This document shows, in pieces, positions 23,449-31,024 of a stretch of DNA of 64,000 nt (the first letter of the stretch is position 1; every line of letters starts with the position of its first letter). This DNA comes from a virus: positions 46,751-110,750 of IMG/VR virus record IMGVR_UViG_3300045988_056969. One strand, written 5' to 3'. The position numbers were made by a program, and so were the translations under genes. Below the pieces are notes generated by a model. That model was not told where the DNA came from. It saw nothing but the letters and a program-made list of their open reading frames with translations, and did not search any database.

Positions 23449-23474
23449 AGCTACAGTTCGTGAGAATAGTAGCT
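23449..23474 (+). other. Conserved stem-loop motif, copy a (AGCTAC-AGTTCGTGAGAATA-GTAGCT)
   Basis: The same loop sequence recurs at 34165-34190 and 43205-43230 with different, compensatory stems. Confidence 0.5.
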
Positions 23475-23814
23475 TTAACTAGAATATTAATTTAAAACTA
23501 TATAGATATGATAATCATAATCATTTTATACATAATAGCTATCATAGGCTATAAATGTAAGAGTGCAGAAGTATGCCTGTTTTTCGGACTTTTAGCTACA
23601 ATACTACTTTGTTTGAGAATAGGCTCAGAAATAGGACATGCAATATAATTAAAATAAAGTAAAAATGAAAAAGATTAAAACTTATCCAAATCATTTAGAG
23701 ATTATAACCTCAGTCTTTATAAAGATTTTGATTTAGAAGGCATCAGAACAGTTACAGAAACATTTGTGAATGGAAAATTAGCAAGAAAAGATTTAACGAA
23801 TTAAAAAGAAAACC

Positions 23815-24048
23815 ATGAGAAAAAGATTCAAAGCTGCGAGAATAGCATCTTCAGACAACTACGAATTGTCTAGAAGAATACATTCTCAGTATTTAAAGAG
23901 ATGGCACAATGCTAACATCGAGGTAATCACTGAAATTACCACATCATTAGTAATCAAAGAACAAAAATACATAAGAGTATTTGGAGAATTAATTCCGATT
24001 TCGGAAGAGGAATTGAGAATCCATAACACTCTGATAGTTGAGAACTAA
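23815..24048 (+). CDS. Hypothetical protein
   Basis: ORF track. Confidence 0.4.
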   Translation: MRKRFKAARIASSDNYELSRRIHSQYLKRWHNANIEVITEITTSLVIKEQKYIRVFGELIPISEEELRIHNTLIVEN

Positions 24049-24289
24049 TATGGAAGATTTATTAGCAATTGTTAGATGGGGCATTACTTTACCCGTTTGG
24101 TTATTAGAACATATACTGAAAGGTTTAACTTTCATTGTTCTAGTATTTGGACTTGTCGTTATGGCGATTTTATTCCCGCTATTTCGATCTACTTGGCGTC
24201 GTACAGGCGATTCTCGTGTATTTAAGTATGCAACAAAGTGGAGAGGAAACTATCCACTAACAAAAAAAGTATTTAGTTTATGGCAATAA
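24038..24289 (+). CDS. Small membrane protein
   Basis: ORF track; hydrophobic segment. Confidence 0.4.
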   Translation: MRTNMEDLLAIVRWGITLPVWLLEHILKGLTFIVLVFGLVVMAILFPLFRSTWRRTGDSRVFKYATKWRGNYPLTKKVFSLWQ

Positions 24290-24569
24290 TGAGAAAAATC
24301 ACCGAAATAAACGGTGAGATAATTATGGTGGAAACTATGATTATTGTAGGCAATATAATCCTTTGTACAATTCATATTAATGGAGAGCTAGTTAAGTATG
24401 AAATATTATCTGTTGGACAGTTACGGGAAGATCGTTAGGTCTTTCCGTAGCTGGTCAGAAGCTAACAAATTCAGAATAGTGATGAATAGATTGGATTGGA
24501 GGATTGTACCATGACCTATATAGTAGTATTCATAATATTAATTATCATTTGGAAGGCAATTGAAGAACA

Positions 24570-25529
24570 ATGAAGACAATACTTACTCACATAGGAAAGA
24601 TTTATGTTGATACAGAACATAAACTTGAATTTCTAACCGTAGGAGACTATGGAAAAGAGAACAATATCAAAGCTAATTTCCTAGGATTAACTAAGGAGAT
24701 TAACGGAGTAGCTAATACTGAAGTTGACCTTAGTAAGAAGTGGGTTGCAACTATTTCAACTCAGAAAGGCTGTCCTATGCATTGTAAATTCTGTGATGTT
24801 CCCAAGTTTGGATTCTATGGAAATGCTTCTATAGAAGATATGGATAGACAAATCCGAACTATTATAGAAGGCGAAAGTGTCAGAGAAACAGACAGGTTTA
24901 ATGTACACTTTGCTAGAATGGGAGAACCAACATGGAATGATAATGTATTAGCATTTGGACTTGCTCTCAGAGGTGTGGTTAAGTCTGCAGGGTTAATAGC
25001 TAAAACTGTTCATCCAGTAGTTTCCACGATGCTTCCGAAAGCAAATAATAAGCTTGGAAACTTCTTACAGGTTTGGTGTAGCATAAAAAATGAGTTCTAC
25101 AATGGAGAAGCAGGCTTGCAGTTTTCAATCAATTCTACAGACGATGAACAGAGAAATGAGCTGTTTGACTCTAAGAGTTTGTCACTAGCACAAATTTCCC
25201 GGTTGGCTGACGAGTTACCAATGCCAGTAGGCAGAAAGTATACTCTAAATTTTCCAGTAACCTCACAAACTATTCTCGATGCGAAGGAATTGTCAAAGCT
25301 ATTTGATAGGGAGAAATTTATTGTTAAAATCACTCCTATACATGAAACAGCTTCTGCTATAGAGAATGGTTTCCAGGTAACTGGATACTCTGATTATGAC
25401 GTTTATCGTCGCTTTGAACAACCTTTATTGAAAGAAGGTTGGGATGTTATAGTGTTTGTTCCATCTAAGGAGGAAGATTCTGACCGAATTACTTGTGGGA
25501 ACGCACTAATCTCTGAAGAGAAGATTTAA
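24570..25529 (+). CDS. Radical-SAM RNA methyltransferase of the RlmN/Cfr family
   Basis: STQKGCPMHCKFCDV (RlmN GCALECKFC), ARMGEPTWN (MGMGEPLLN), INSTDDEQR (LHAPNDEIR), C-terminal ITCGNAL (AACGQL). Confidence 0.7.
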   Translation: MKTILTHIGKIYVDTEHKLEFLTVGDYGKENNIKANFLGLTKEINGVANTEVDLSKKWVATISTQKGCPMHCKFCDVPKFGFYGNASIEDMDRQIRTIIEGESVRETDRFNVHFARMGEPTWNDNVLAFGLALRGVVKSAGLIAKTVHPVVSTMLPKANNKLGNFLQVWCSIKNEFYNGEAGLQFSINSTDDEQRNELFDSKSLSLAQISRLADELPMPVGRKYTLNFPVTSQTILDAKELSKLFDREKFIVKITPIHETASAIENGFQVTGYSDYDVYRRFEQPLLKEGWDVIVFVPSKEEDSDRITCGNALISEEKI

Positions 25530-25591
25530 CAATTCTTAACTAAGAGAAATCTAGATTATACTATATAATAGTAGGCAAACTCTTAGTTATC

Positions 25592-25663
25592 CTTTCCTTA
25601 GTTCAATGGATAGAACCTCTGTCTTCTAAACAGATAATTCCAGTTCGAATCTGGAAGGAAAGA
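25592..25663 (+). tRNA. tRNA-Arg (anticodon TCT)
   Basis: CTTTCCT/AGGAAAG acceptor; D GTTC/GAAC; anticodon arm TCTGT-CTTCTAA-ACAGA; T-arm TCCAG-TTCGAAT-CTGGA. Confidence 0.75.
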
Positions 25664-25670
25664 CTATTAT

Positions 25671-25742
25671 TCTCCCCTTAGCTCAACGGTAGAGCTTTCG
25701 ACTTTTAATCGAAAGACAAGAGTTCGACTCTCTTAGGGAGAA
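25671..25742 (+). tRNA. tRNA-Lys (anticodon TTT)
   Basis: D GCTC/GAGC; anticodon arm TTCGA-CTTTTAA-TCGAA; T-loop TTCGACT; encoded CCA. Confidence 0.7.
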
Positions 25743-25763
25743 CCAACTTTAAATAATTAAGCT

Positions 25764-26137
25764 ATGATAAATGTAGACGAATTAAGAAACAAAAAGTAGC
25801 TCGGAGAAATAGGAGAGCGTATAGCCATTGGTGAATTATCAAAATATGGATTAGATATTTTATTACCAATGTCTGACAATCTACCATTTGATTTTGTTAT
25901 AATAACAAGTTTTACAGAACTTAGGTGAAAACTACTGCGAGTAAAACTGTAAATAACTCGTTGAACTTTAGTTTAACAAGTAATAATTATAACAAAGGGA
26001 CCGTTCACAAATACAACGAGGATGAAATAGATATTATGATATGTTGCGACCTTCATAACATCTATATATTTCCAGAATGTGATGTTGCTAATAGAAATTC
26101 TATTACTATTAGGGAGGAACCTCCAGCTAATAATTAG
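25764..26137 (+). pseudogene. YraN/UPF0102-like PD-(D/E)xK endonuclease paralog, apparently frameshifted; carries TAG at the motif-III position
   Basis: 25764-25927 gives MINVDELRNKK-Q-LGEIGERIAIGELSKYGLDILLP...FDFVIITSF, then TGA. A different frame (25925-26137) continues RT-Q-VKTTASKT..., parallel to the 27326-27727 protein. Confidence 0.4.
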
Positions 26138-26284
26138 ACAAAAGGTATAAACTTTGCAAAAGATTGCATCATATCTATAGAAAGATTAAATTATACTTTC
26201 TCTAAGATAGAGAAATAATTCCCTATTAATAGGGAAGTCTTTTATTCCGCTAGTAAACATTTGTTGTGAAACACGTGTTTGCAT

Positions 26285-26357
26285 CTGGGTATAGTCGAGT
26301 TGGTAAGATGCTACATTTGGGATGTAGAGACCGCAGGTTCGAGTCCTGCTATCCAGA
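26285..26357 (+). tRNA. tRNA-Pro (anticodon TGG); D-stem irregular
   Basis: CTGGGTA/TATCCAG acceptor; anticodon arm CTACA-TTTGGGA-TGTAG; T-arm GCAGG-TTCGAGT-CCTGC. Confidence 0.6.
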
Positions 26358-26569
26358 CAAGAAGTAATCAACATTCACTATTAGTACAGCAATTAGGACT
26401 GTAGGGTGCCTTTTAGATGAATCCCCGATTACTCCAATTAACAGAGGTGAGTTCCCTTAAAATTGTTACCACGCACTAGTGCGGCTATTAGCTACTAGAG
26501 GACTTGGGGTGCCAAGAGGAAGAATTGTAGTAGCTATGTTAATTAGAACAAATCTGTTAATTGCTTTAT

Positions 26570-26653
26570 GGGATAGCGCCAACGATGGAGAGTTGGGACG
26601 GACTGTAAATCCGTTGCCTTTAGGCTTAGTAGGTTCGAATCCTACCTATCCCA
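26570..26653 (+). tRNA. tRNA-Tyr (anticodon GTA), long variable arm
   Basis: GGGATAG/CTATCCC acceptor; anticodon arm ACGGA-CTGTAAA-TCCGT; 14-nt variable arm; T-arm GTAGG-TTCGAAT-CCTAC. Confidence 0.75.
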
Positions 26654-26680
26654 CAATTATGTAAAATAACTTACCAAAAG

Positions 26681-27052
26681 ATGATAAGAATTTCTAGAAT
26701 TGTAGCTAAGGATAGAATAGCAGATTTGCTAGACTTGAATTTCGTATCTAAGATAACTCTTAGACAAGGTAGACAAGGATTCAAAAATCCTGCAATTTGC
26801 AGAGTGGAAATCTATCTCCAAGTAGATAATGATACAGAATACTTTAATAGTGTTATGAGTAACATTGTTGACTGGGGAAAGGAGCGTAATTGTAATATTG
26901 CTGTTACCACAGCAAATATGGCTCTACATGATGGATTTATTAAAGAGTCTGCATTTGATGACTTTGATTATCCTATGCCAAAAAAGTATAAGGACTTATG
27001 CAGCGTATATTCTGACGAATATTTTAGACTATTTAATAGGAGAAAGATATAA
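26681..27052 (+). CDS. Hypothetical protein
   Basis: ORF track. Confidence 0.45.
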   Translation: MIRISRIVAKDRIADLLDLNFVSKITLRQGRQGFKNPAICRVEIYLQVDNDTEYFNSVMSNIVDWGKERNCNIAVTTANMALHDGFIKESAFDDFDYPMPKKYKDLCSVYSDEYFRLFNRRKI

Positions 27053-27265
27053 TGGAAGACAAATATGAAGGGCTATCTGATGAAGAACTCAAAGAAATCT
27101 TCGAAGATATGCAGGCAGACTATTGGATAGATTATTATCAATCTATCTATGAATAAAACCCTATTAGCGAGACCTAGGATATGGATTTTAGAAATATGTA
27201 TACCCACTGCATATAGGTTAGTCATATTTAAATGAGGAAACCAGGGTTCTCTACTAGGTCGATTC

Positions 27266-27300
27266 GGGATTGTAACCGGTAATTGGTAGCCGCGCAGATT
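27266..27300 (+). tRNA. 5' half (exon 1) of a split type-II tRNA: acceptor GGGATTG, D-arm, 5' strand of the anticodon stem GCAGA
   Basis: Pairs perfectly with the 3' half at 27826-27872 (acceptor 7/7 bp, anticodon stem GCAGA/TCTGC). Confidence 0.5.
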
Positions 27301-27325
27301 AAACTAATAATTAAAAATTAAATTT

Positions 27326-27727
27326 ATGGAATTAAGAGAATTTTCTACTTTTACTAAATAGGGAAATGTAGGACTTGCTTATGCTATTGCCTATTATTCT
27401 AAATTAGGGTATACTATTAGTATTCCCTTAACTGATTCACAAGATTATGACATAATAGTTGATACTGGAAATACCTTACTAAAAGTGTAGGTAAAGACTA
27501 CAACTTGTAGAAGAGATAGTGGAAACTACTAGTTAAACTTAAAAGTAAGTGGCGGAAATAGAAGCGGAACAGGAAAAGTAAAGACCTTCGATTTAAATAA
27601 ATGCGACCTGATATTCGCAATGACTGAGTAGTTTGAATTTTATTCTATTCCGAGGTCTGAAATTTCTGCAGCATCTTCTATTACTCTTGGAGAAAAGTAT
27701 TTACCTTTCAAGGTGTCTTTAATTTAA
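27326..27727 (+). CDS. YraN/UPF0102-like PD-(D/E)xK endonuclease (133 aa) with 4 in-frame TAG; sits inside the interrupted tRNA; absent from the ORF track
   Basis: MELREFSTFTK-Q-GNVGLAYAIAYYSKLGYTISIPLTDSQDYDIIVDTGNTLLKV-Q-VKTTT... fits the G.GE..A..YL...GY.IL...GEIDLI...VEVK pattern; TAA at 27725-27727. Confidence 0.55.
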
Positions 27728-27733
27728 TAAGAG

Positions 27734-27817
27734 GGGAGATTATTCCGTAGATGGTAGCGGGGCGCACTGTAAATGCGCTGCCTAACGGCTCGGGGTGTTC
27801 GACTCACTCATCTCCCA
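27734..27817 (+). tRNA. tRNA-Tyr-like (anticodon GTA) with a long variable arm, lying inside the tRNA-interrupting insertion
   Basis: GGGAGAT/ATCTCCC acceptor; anticodon arm GCGCA-CTGTAAA-TGCGC; T-arm GGGTG-TTCGACT-CACTC; weak D-stem. Confidence 0.5.
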
Positions 27818-27825
27818 CTACTAAT

Positions 27826-27872
27826 AAATCTGCTCTCTTTTGAGACTGGAGGTTCGAGTCCTCCCAATCCCA
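27826..27872 (+). tRNA. 3' half (exon 2) of the split tRNA: TCTGC anticodon-stem strand, variable hairpin CTCTC-ttt-GAGA, T-arm GGAGG-TTCGAGT-CCTCC, acceptor CAATCCC, discriminator A
   Basis: Complementary to exon 1 at 27266-27300. Confidence 0.5.
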
Positions 27873-28112
27873 CACTAATTTCAATATATTATGATGATAT
27901 TTGTATATTCAGCATTTATATACATAATAAGCATGTACATAGTTGGCCTTTATATGGCAGTAAATGAACGATTTGTTACAGTTAGAAGACTCGCAATAAT
28001 GGCATTACCAGTAATAAATACTATATTTGTTATTGTAATACTATTATTTGGTATTAAACCATTTATAAAAACAGTTATAAACGAATTTAAAGAAATTACA
28101 AAATGACAAATT

Positions 28113-28358
28113 ATGAGTACGGAGAAGGATACTTACCAGAAATCTGGTACTAGTGTAGTATTTCAAAAAGAAATTAAGCAGTGTAGAGAATGTCCGCACT
28201 GCTTAATTGTTCCTGACCCAGATCCTAATGACTGGTTCAATGATGACGACGAGAAAGCGCTCTGTAAGGAGTCTGAGAATAAACTAATTGAAGGAATGTT
28301 AAGACCTTACGAAAGGGTATTAATTCCAGATTGGTGTCCATTAAAAACTAATAAATAA
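28113..28358 (+). CDS. Small zinc-binding protein (CxxC...CxxC...C)
   Basis: ORF track. Confidence 0.45.
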   Translation: MSTEKDTYQKSGTSVVFQKEIKQCRECPHCLIVPDPDPNDWFNDDDEKALCKESENKLIEGMLRPYERVLIPDWCPLKTNK

Positions 28359-28359
28359 A

Positions 28360-28827
28360 ATGAATAAAATGAATAAAATGAATAAAACAAAAGCTTGCCT
28401 TGAAATAACTTTAGAACAGGCACGTAAATGGTATGAGAGTGGCAATGAAGACTTGAAAAAATTAGCTCTTACCGCTTTTAGTGAAGAAGTTCTAGTCCCT
28501 TCTCTTGGAGAAATATTAGAATCTGAAAAGGATTGGGATGTGCTATTTTTACCTTTAGGGATATCAGAGCAAACTAAGTCTCTAATTTGTCTACAAATAG
28601 TAGCTAATTACTTAAACAATGGTTGGAATAAAACAGAGAGTAACAGCGGTTATTTCCTTGGAAGGGGTTCTTCTCTATCTGGAAAGACGGAAACTGATAT
28701 AAAAGGAGTGTACGTCGTTATGCATCAAAACGTAAAATATCCAGGTGTTGTTTATTTTAGAACTGTAGCTGATGTACAGAAAGCGGTGAAGATACTAGGA
28801 AAGAAGTTGCTGCCGCTATTCGAATAA
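28360..28827 (+). CDS. Hypothetical protein (N-terminal MNK x3 repeat)
   Basis: ORF track. Confidence 0.45.
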   Translation: MNKMNKMNKTKACLEITLEQARKWYESGNEDLKKLALTAFSEEVLVPSLGEILESEKDWDVLFLPLGISEQTKSLICLQIVANYLNNGWNKTESNSGYFLGRGSSLSGKTETDIKGVYVVMHQNVKYPGVVYFRTVADVQKAVKILGKKLLPLFE

Positions 28828-28834
28828 TTTGATG

Positions 28835-28908
28835 GTGTTATTAGTTCAGTTGGTCAGAACGCTACATTGTGGCTGTAGAGGTCAGCGGTTCGAATCCGCT
28901 ATAACACC
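28835..28908 (+). tRNA. tRNA-His (anticodon GTG) with G-1 and discriminator C73
   Basis: G-1 then GTGTTAT/ATAACAC; D GTTC/GAAC; anticodon arm CTACA-TTGTGGC-TGTAG; T-arm AGCGG-TTCGAAT-CCGCT. Confidence 0.75.
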
Positions 28909-28938
28909 CAAACCATGTTTTATTAAATATTATAACAA

Positions 28939-29499
28939 ATGAAAAGAACTATTGAAATTGAATGTCCAGATGGTTATAAACCCATCTATAATGCCGAAAC
29001 TGGCAATGTTGAAATCGTTCCAGAAAACATTATGGGACGAATAAAGACCTATGAGGACGCTAGAGACTATCTTGGGTACTTATTTAATAGTGAAATCCAT
29101 TACACTGAATCTGTAAAGGCTCTAGCTAAGTTGCAAACAATTCTGGATGCGCTGAACGAAAAGCACAAGTTCAATCTGCTGACTGGTACTATATGGTATC
29201 CCTGGGTTCGCTTCTTTAGAATGAAATCAGTTCCGAAGGATGCAGAAGTCATTGGTCACTTCCGTTATCAGGGCGAGAAATTCGCGTTGGTGGGCGGCGA
29301 CGCGGCTATTGGCGGCACTGCGGGTCTCGGCTGTTTCTGTTCTGCCTTTGGCGTCGGCTTTGCCTATTCCAATGTTGGGATGCTTGCGTGCAAATCTGAA
29401 GAGATTGCCAAATACGTATCAACCCAGTTTGGAAAGCTAGTGTTCGATGCTTGTTTTGCAAGACATTTCAAGGGTGAAGAATTTGAATGGCTTGACTAA
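28939..29499 (+). CDS. DGR target protein 2 (186 aa) with VR2 at codons about 116-146 (FALVGGDAAIGGTAGLGCFCSAFGVGFAYSNVGM)
   Basis: 29286-29375 matches the reverse complement of TR with about 25 differences, all at TR adenines in the coding sense. Confidence 0.75.
   Translation: MKRTIEIECPDGYKPIYNAETGNVEIVPENIMGRIKTYEDARDYLGYLFNSEIHYTESVKALAKLQTILDALNEKHKFNLLTGTIWYPWVRFFRMKSVPKDAEVIGHFRYQGEKFALVGGDAAIGGTAGLGCFCSAFGVGFAYSNVGMLACKSEEIAKYVSTQFGKLVFDACFARHFKGEEFEWLD
29286..29375. repeat. DGR variable repeat 2 (VR2), about 27 kb from TR
   Basis: See the alignment against the reverse complement of TR 1732-1825. Confidence 0.75.
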
Positions 29500-29978
29500 T
29501 GAAAAAGTTCCTTGTAATTATGCTTGCTATGCTCTGGATGAGCGTAGCAGCTTTTTCTCAGATAACTATATCACAAGAAGACTATGATAAGTTGCCTAGT
29601 GATACTAGAACTCAAATTGAGAAGATAACAACAGAGAAAGCTATAAAGGGTGAAATCAAGGAAGTTTCTGAGTATGCTAACCTTGGTAAGGAAATAGGCG
29701 TGGCTGTTAATGAAACTCTTAAAGCAGTTGAAGATTCCGCCATCAGAATAGCAGACTCTAATTTGGGACAAACAGCAATAACTATCGTAGTATGGAAATT
29801 ACTTTACAAAGAGATAGCAGGTGTTGTAATAGGTATCATATTATTAGGAATATCCTTGTTTATGCTACTAACTGGTAGAGGAAAGCTATCTAAGAATGAC
29901 GAAGATGCTGGAGGTTGGATAAGTGTAGTAGGAGGAGCTGTATTCTTTATATCTTCAATGATTTGTATATTTGGCTGA
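29499..29978 (+). CDS. Membrane protein with a signal peptide; translationally coupled (ATGA) to DGR target 2
   Basis: ORF track; N-terminal signal MKKFLVIMLAMLWMSVAAFSQ and a C-terminal TM helix. Confidence 0.5.
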   Translation: MKKFLVIMLAMLWMSVAAFSQITISQEDYDKLPSDTRTQIEKITTEKAIKGEIKEVSEYANLGKEIGVAVNETLKAVEDSAIRIADSNLGQTAITIVVWKLLYKEIAGVVIGIILLGISLFMLLTGRGKLSKNDEDAGGWISVVGGAVFFISSMICIFG

Positions 29979-30072
29979 GGAGCAATCCAGGCTATAGGCT
30001 GGTGTATTCTAGCTATATTCTGTGTAATATTGCTTCTTGTATGATTTTTGGCTAGTCATAAGACTAGCTTTT

Positions 30073-30162
30073 GGAAGGGTGGCAGAGTCAGGTTTATTGC
30101 AACGCTCTTGAAAAGCGTCGGGCGTGATGAGCGTCCCCAGGGTTCGAATCCCTGTCCTTCCG
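30073..30162 (+). tRNA. tRNA-Ser (anticodon TGA), type II
   Basis: GGAAGGG/TCCTTCC; anticodon arm ACGCT-CTTGAAA-AGCGT; long variable arm; discriminator G. Confidence 0.75.
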
Positions 30163-30167
30163 CAAAT

Positions 30168-30241
30168 ACGTCCGTACTCAAGTGGTTTAAGAGGATAGTC
30201 TCCAAAACTATTATTCCTAGGTTCGAATCCTAGCGGGCGTG
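30168..30241 (+). tRNA. tRNA-Trp (anticodon CCA)
   Basis: ACGTCCG/CGGGCGT; anticodon arm ATAGT-CTCCAAA-ACTAT; T-arm CTAGG-TTCGAAT-CCTAG; discriminator G. Confidence 0.7.
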
Positions 30242-30264
30242 CTATTTAATTAATAAATTAGATT

Positions 30265-30492
30265 ATGAAAAGATTAGTAATTGTTTTATTGGGGCTTATG
30301 TTGCTATATAGCTGTGGTCCAGTACCAGAGTCAAAAGCGACTATGAGCGCTCCAGACGGGATTATTCCGTTTGATAACGCAGTTCACTTCAAGTACAAGA
30401 ATCATCAGTACATTAAGTTTGTTGAAGGATTTGGACAGTATAAGATTTCCGGAGTAGTTCATGACCCAGATTGTAAATATTGTAAGAGATGA
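30265..30492 (+). CDS. Small lipoprotein (signal plus Cys: LLYSCG)
   Basis: ORF track; lipobox. Confidence 0.5.
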   Translation: MKRLVIVLLGLMLLYSCGPVPESKATMSAPDGIIPFDNAVHFKYKNHQYIKFVEGFGQYKISGVVHDPDCKYCKR

Positions 30493-31007
30493 GTGAAGTG
30501 TATTATCTTTTGGCAGCCATTTCATATGGCATTTTTCTAGTTCAATTCATTTTATCTTGGTTTGGTGGAGACACTGACTTAGATGTTGATTTAGATGGAG
30601 AACTAGATATGAACGTGAGTGATATTGTCTCATTTAAGGGATTAATCCATTTTATAATGGGAGCTAGTGGATGGCTTTGTGTTAAGCAATCCGTATCTCA
30701 TTCTGTAGAATGGTATGATTATCTAATCGCATTAGTATGCGGTATTCTTTTCGTGGTTATACTTTACTACTTATATAAACTCTGTTTAAAACTCCAGCAT
30801 CAAGTTATTCCAGAAGAGGGTGAAGCCTTGATTGGAAGGGTTGGAATTATCACAGTTCCTTGTGAAAACCATTTCTTCATTACTATTGAAGTAAATGGAG
30901 GTTCTGAGGAAATTGTAGCCTATCCAGAAGTCCCAAAAATGGGATATATGGTTGGTACTCGTGTGGTAATTTCTAAATTTGAGAATGGAAAGTATTATTT
31001 TAACTAA
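30489..31007 (+). CDS. NfeD-like membrane protein (TM helices plus a C-terminal OB-fold beta-barrel)
   Basis: Hydrophobic N-terminus; C-terminus GRVGIITVP...GYMVGTRVVISKFENGKYYF; located directly upstream of the flotillin gene, as in yqiJ-yqiK / yuaF-floT operons. Confidence 0.6.
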   Translation: MSEVYYLLAAISYGIFLVQFILSWFGGDTDLDVDLDGELDMNVSDIVSFKGLIHFIMGASGWLCVKQSVSHSVEWYDYLIALVCGILFVVILYYLYKLCLKLQHQVIPEEGEALIGRVGIITVPCENHFFITIEVNGGSEEIVAYPEVPKMGYMVGTRVVISKFENGKYYFN

Positions 31008-31024
31008 AAAAGAATTTTTAAAAA

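Noticed and set aside
28360-28390. aatgaataaa x3 tandem repeat
   Set aside because: An in-frame MNKMNKMNK at the start of an ordinary ORF, likely replication slippage.
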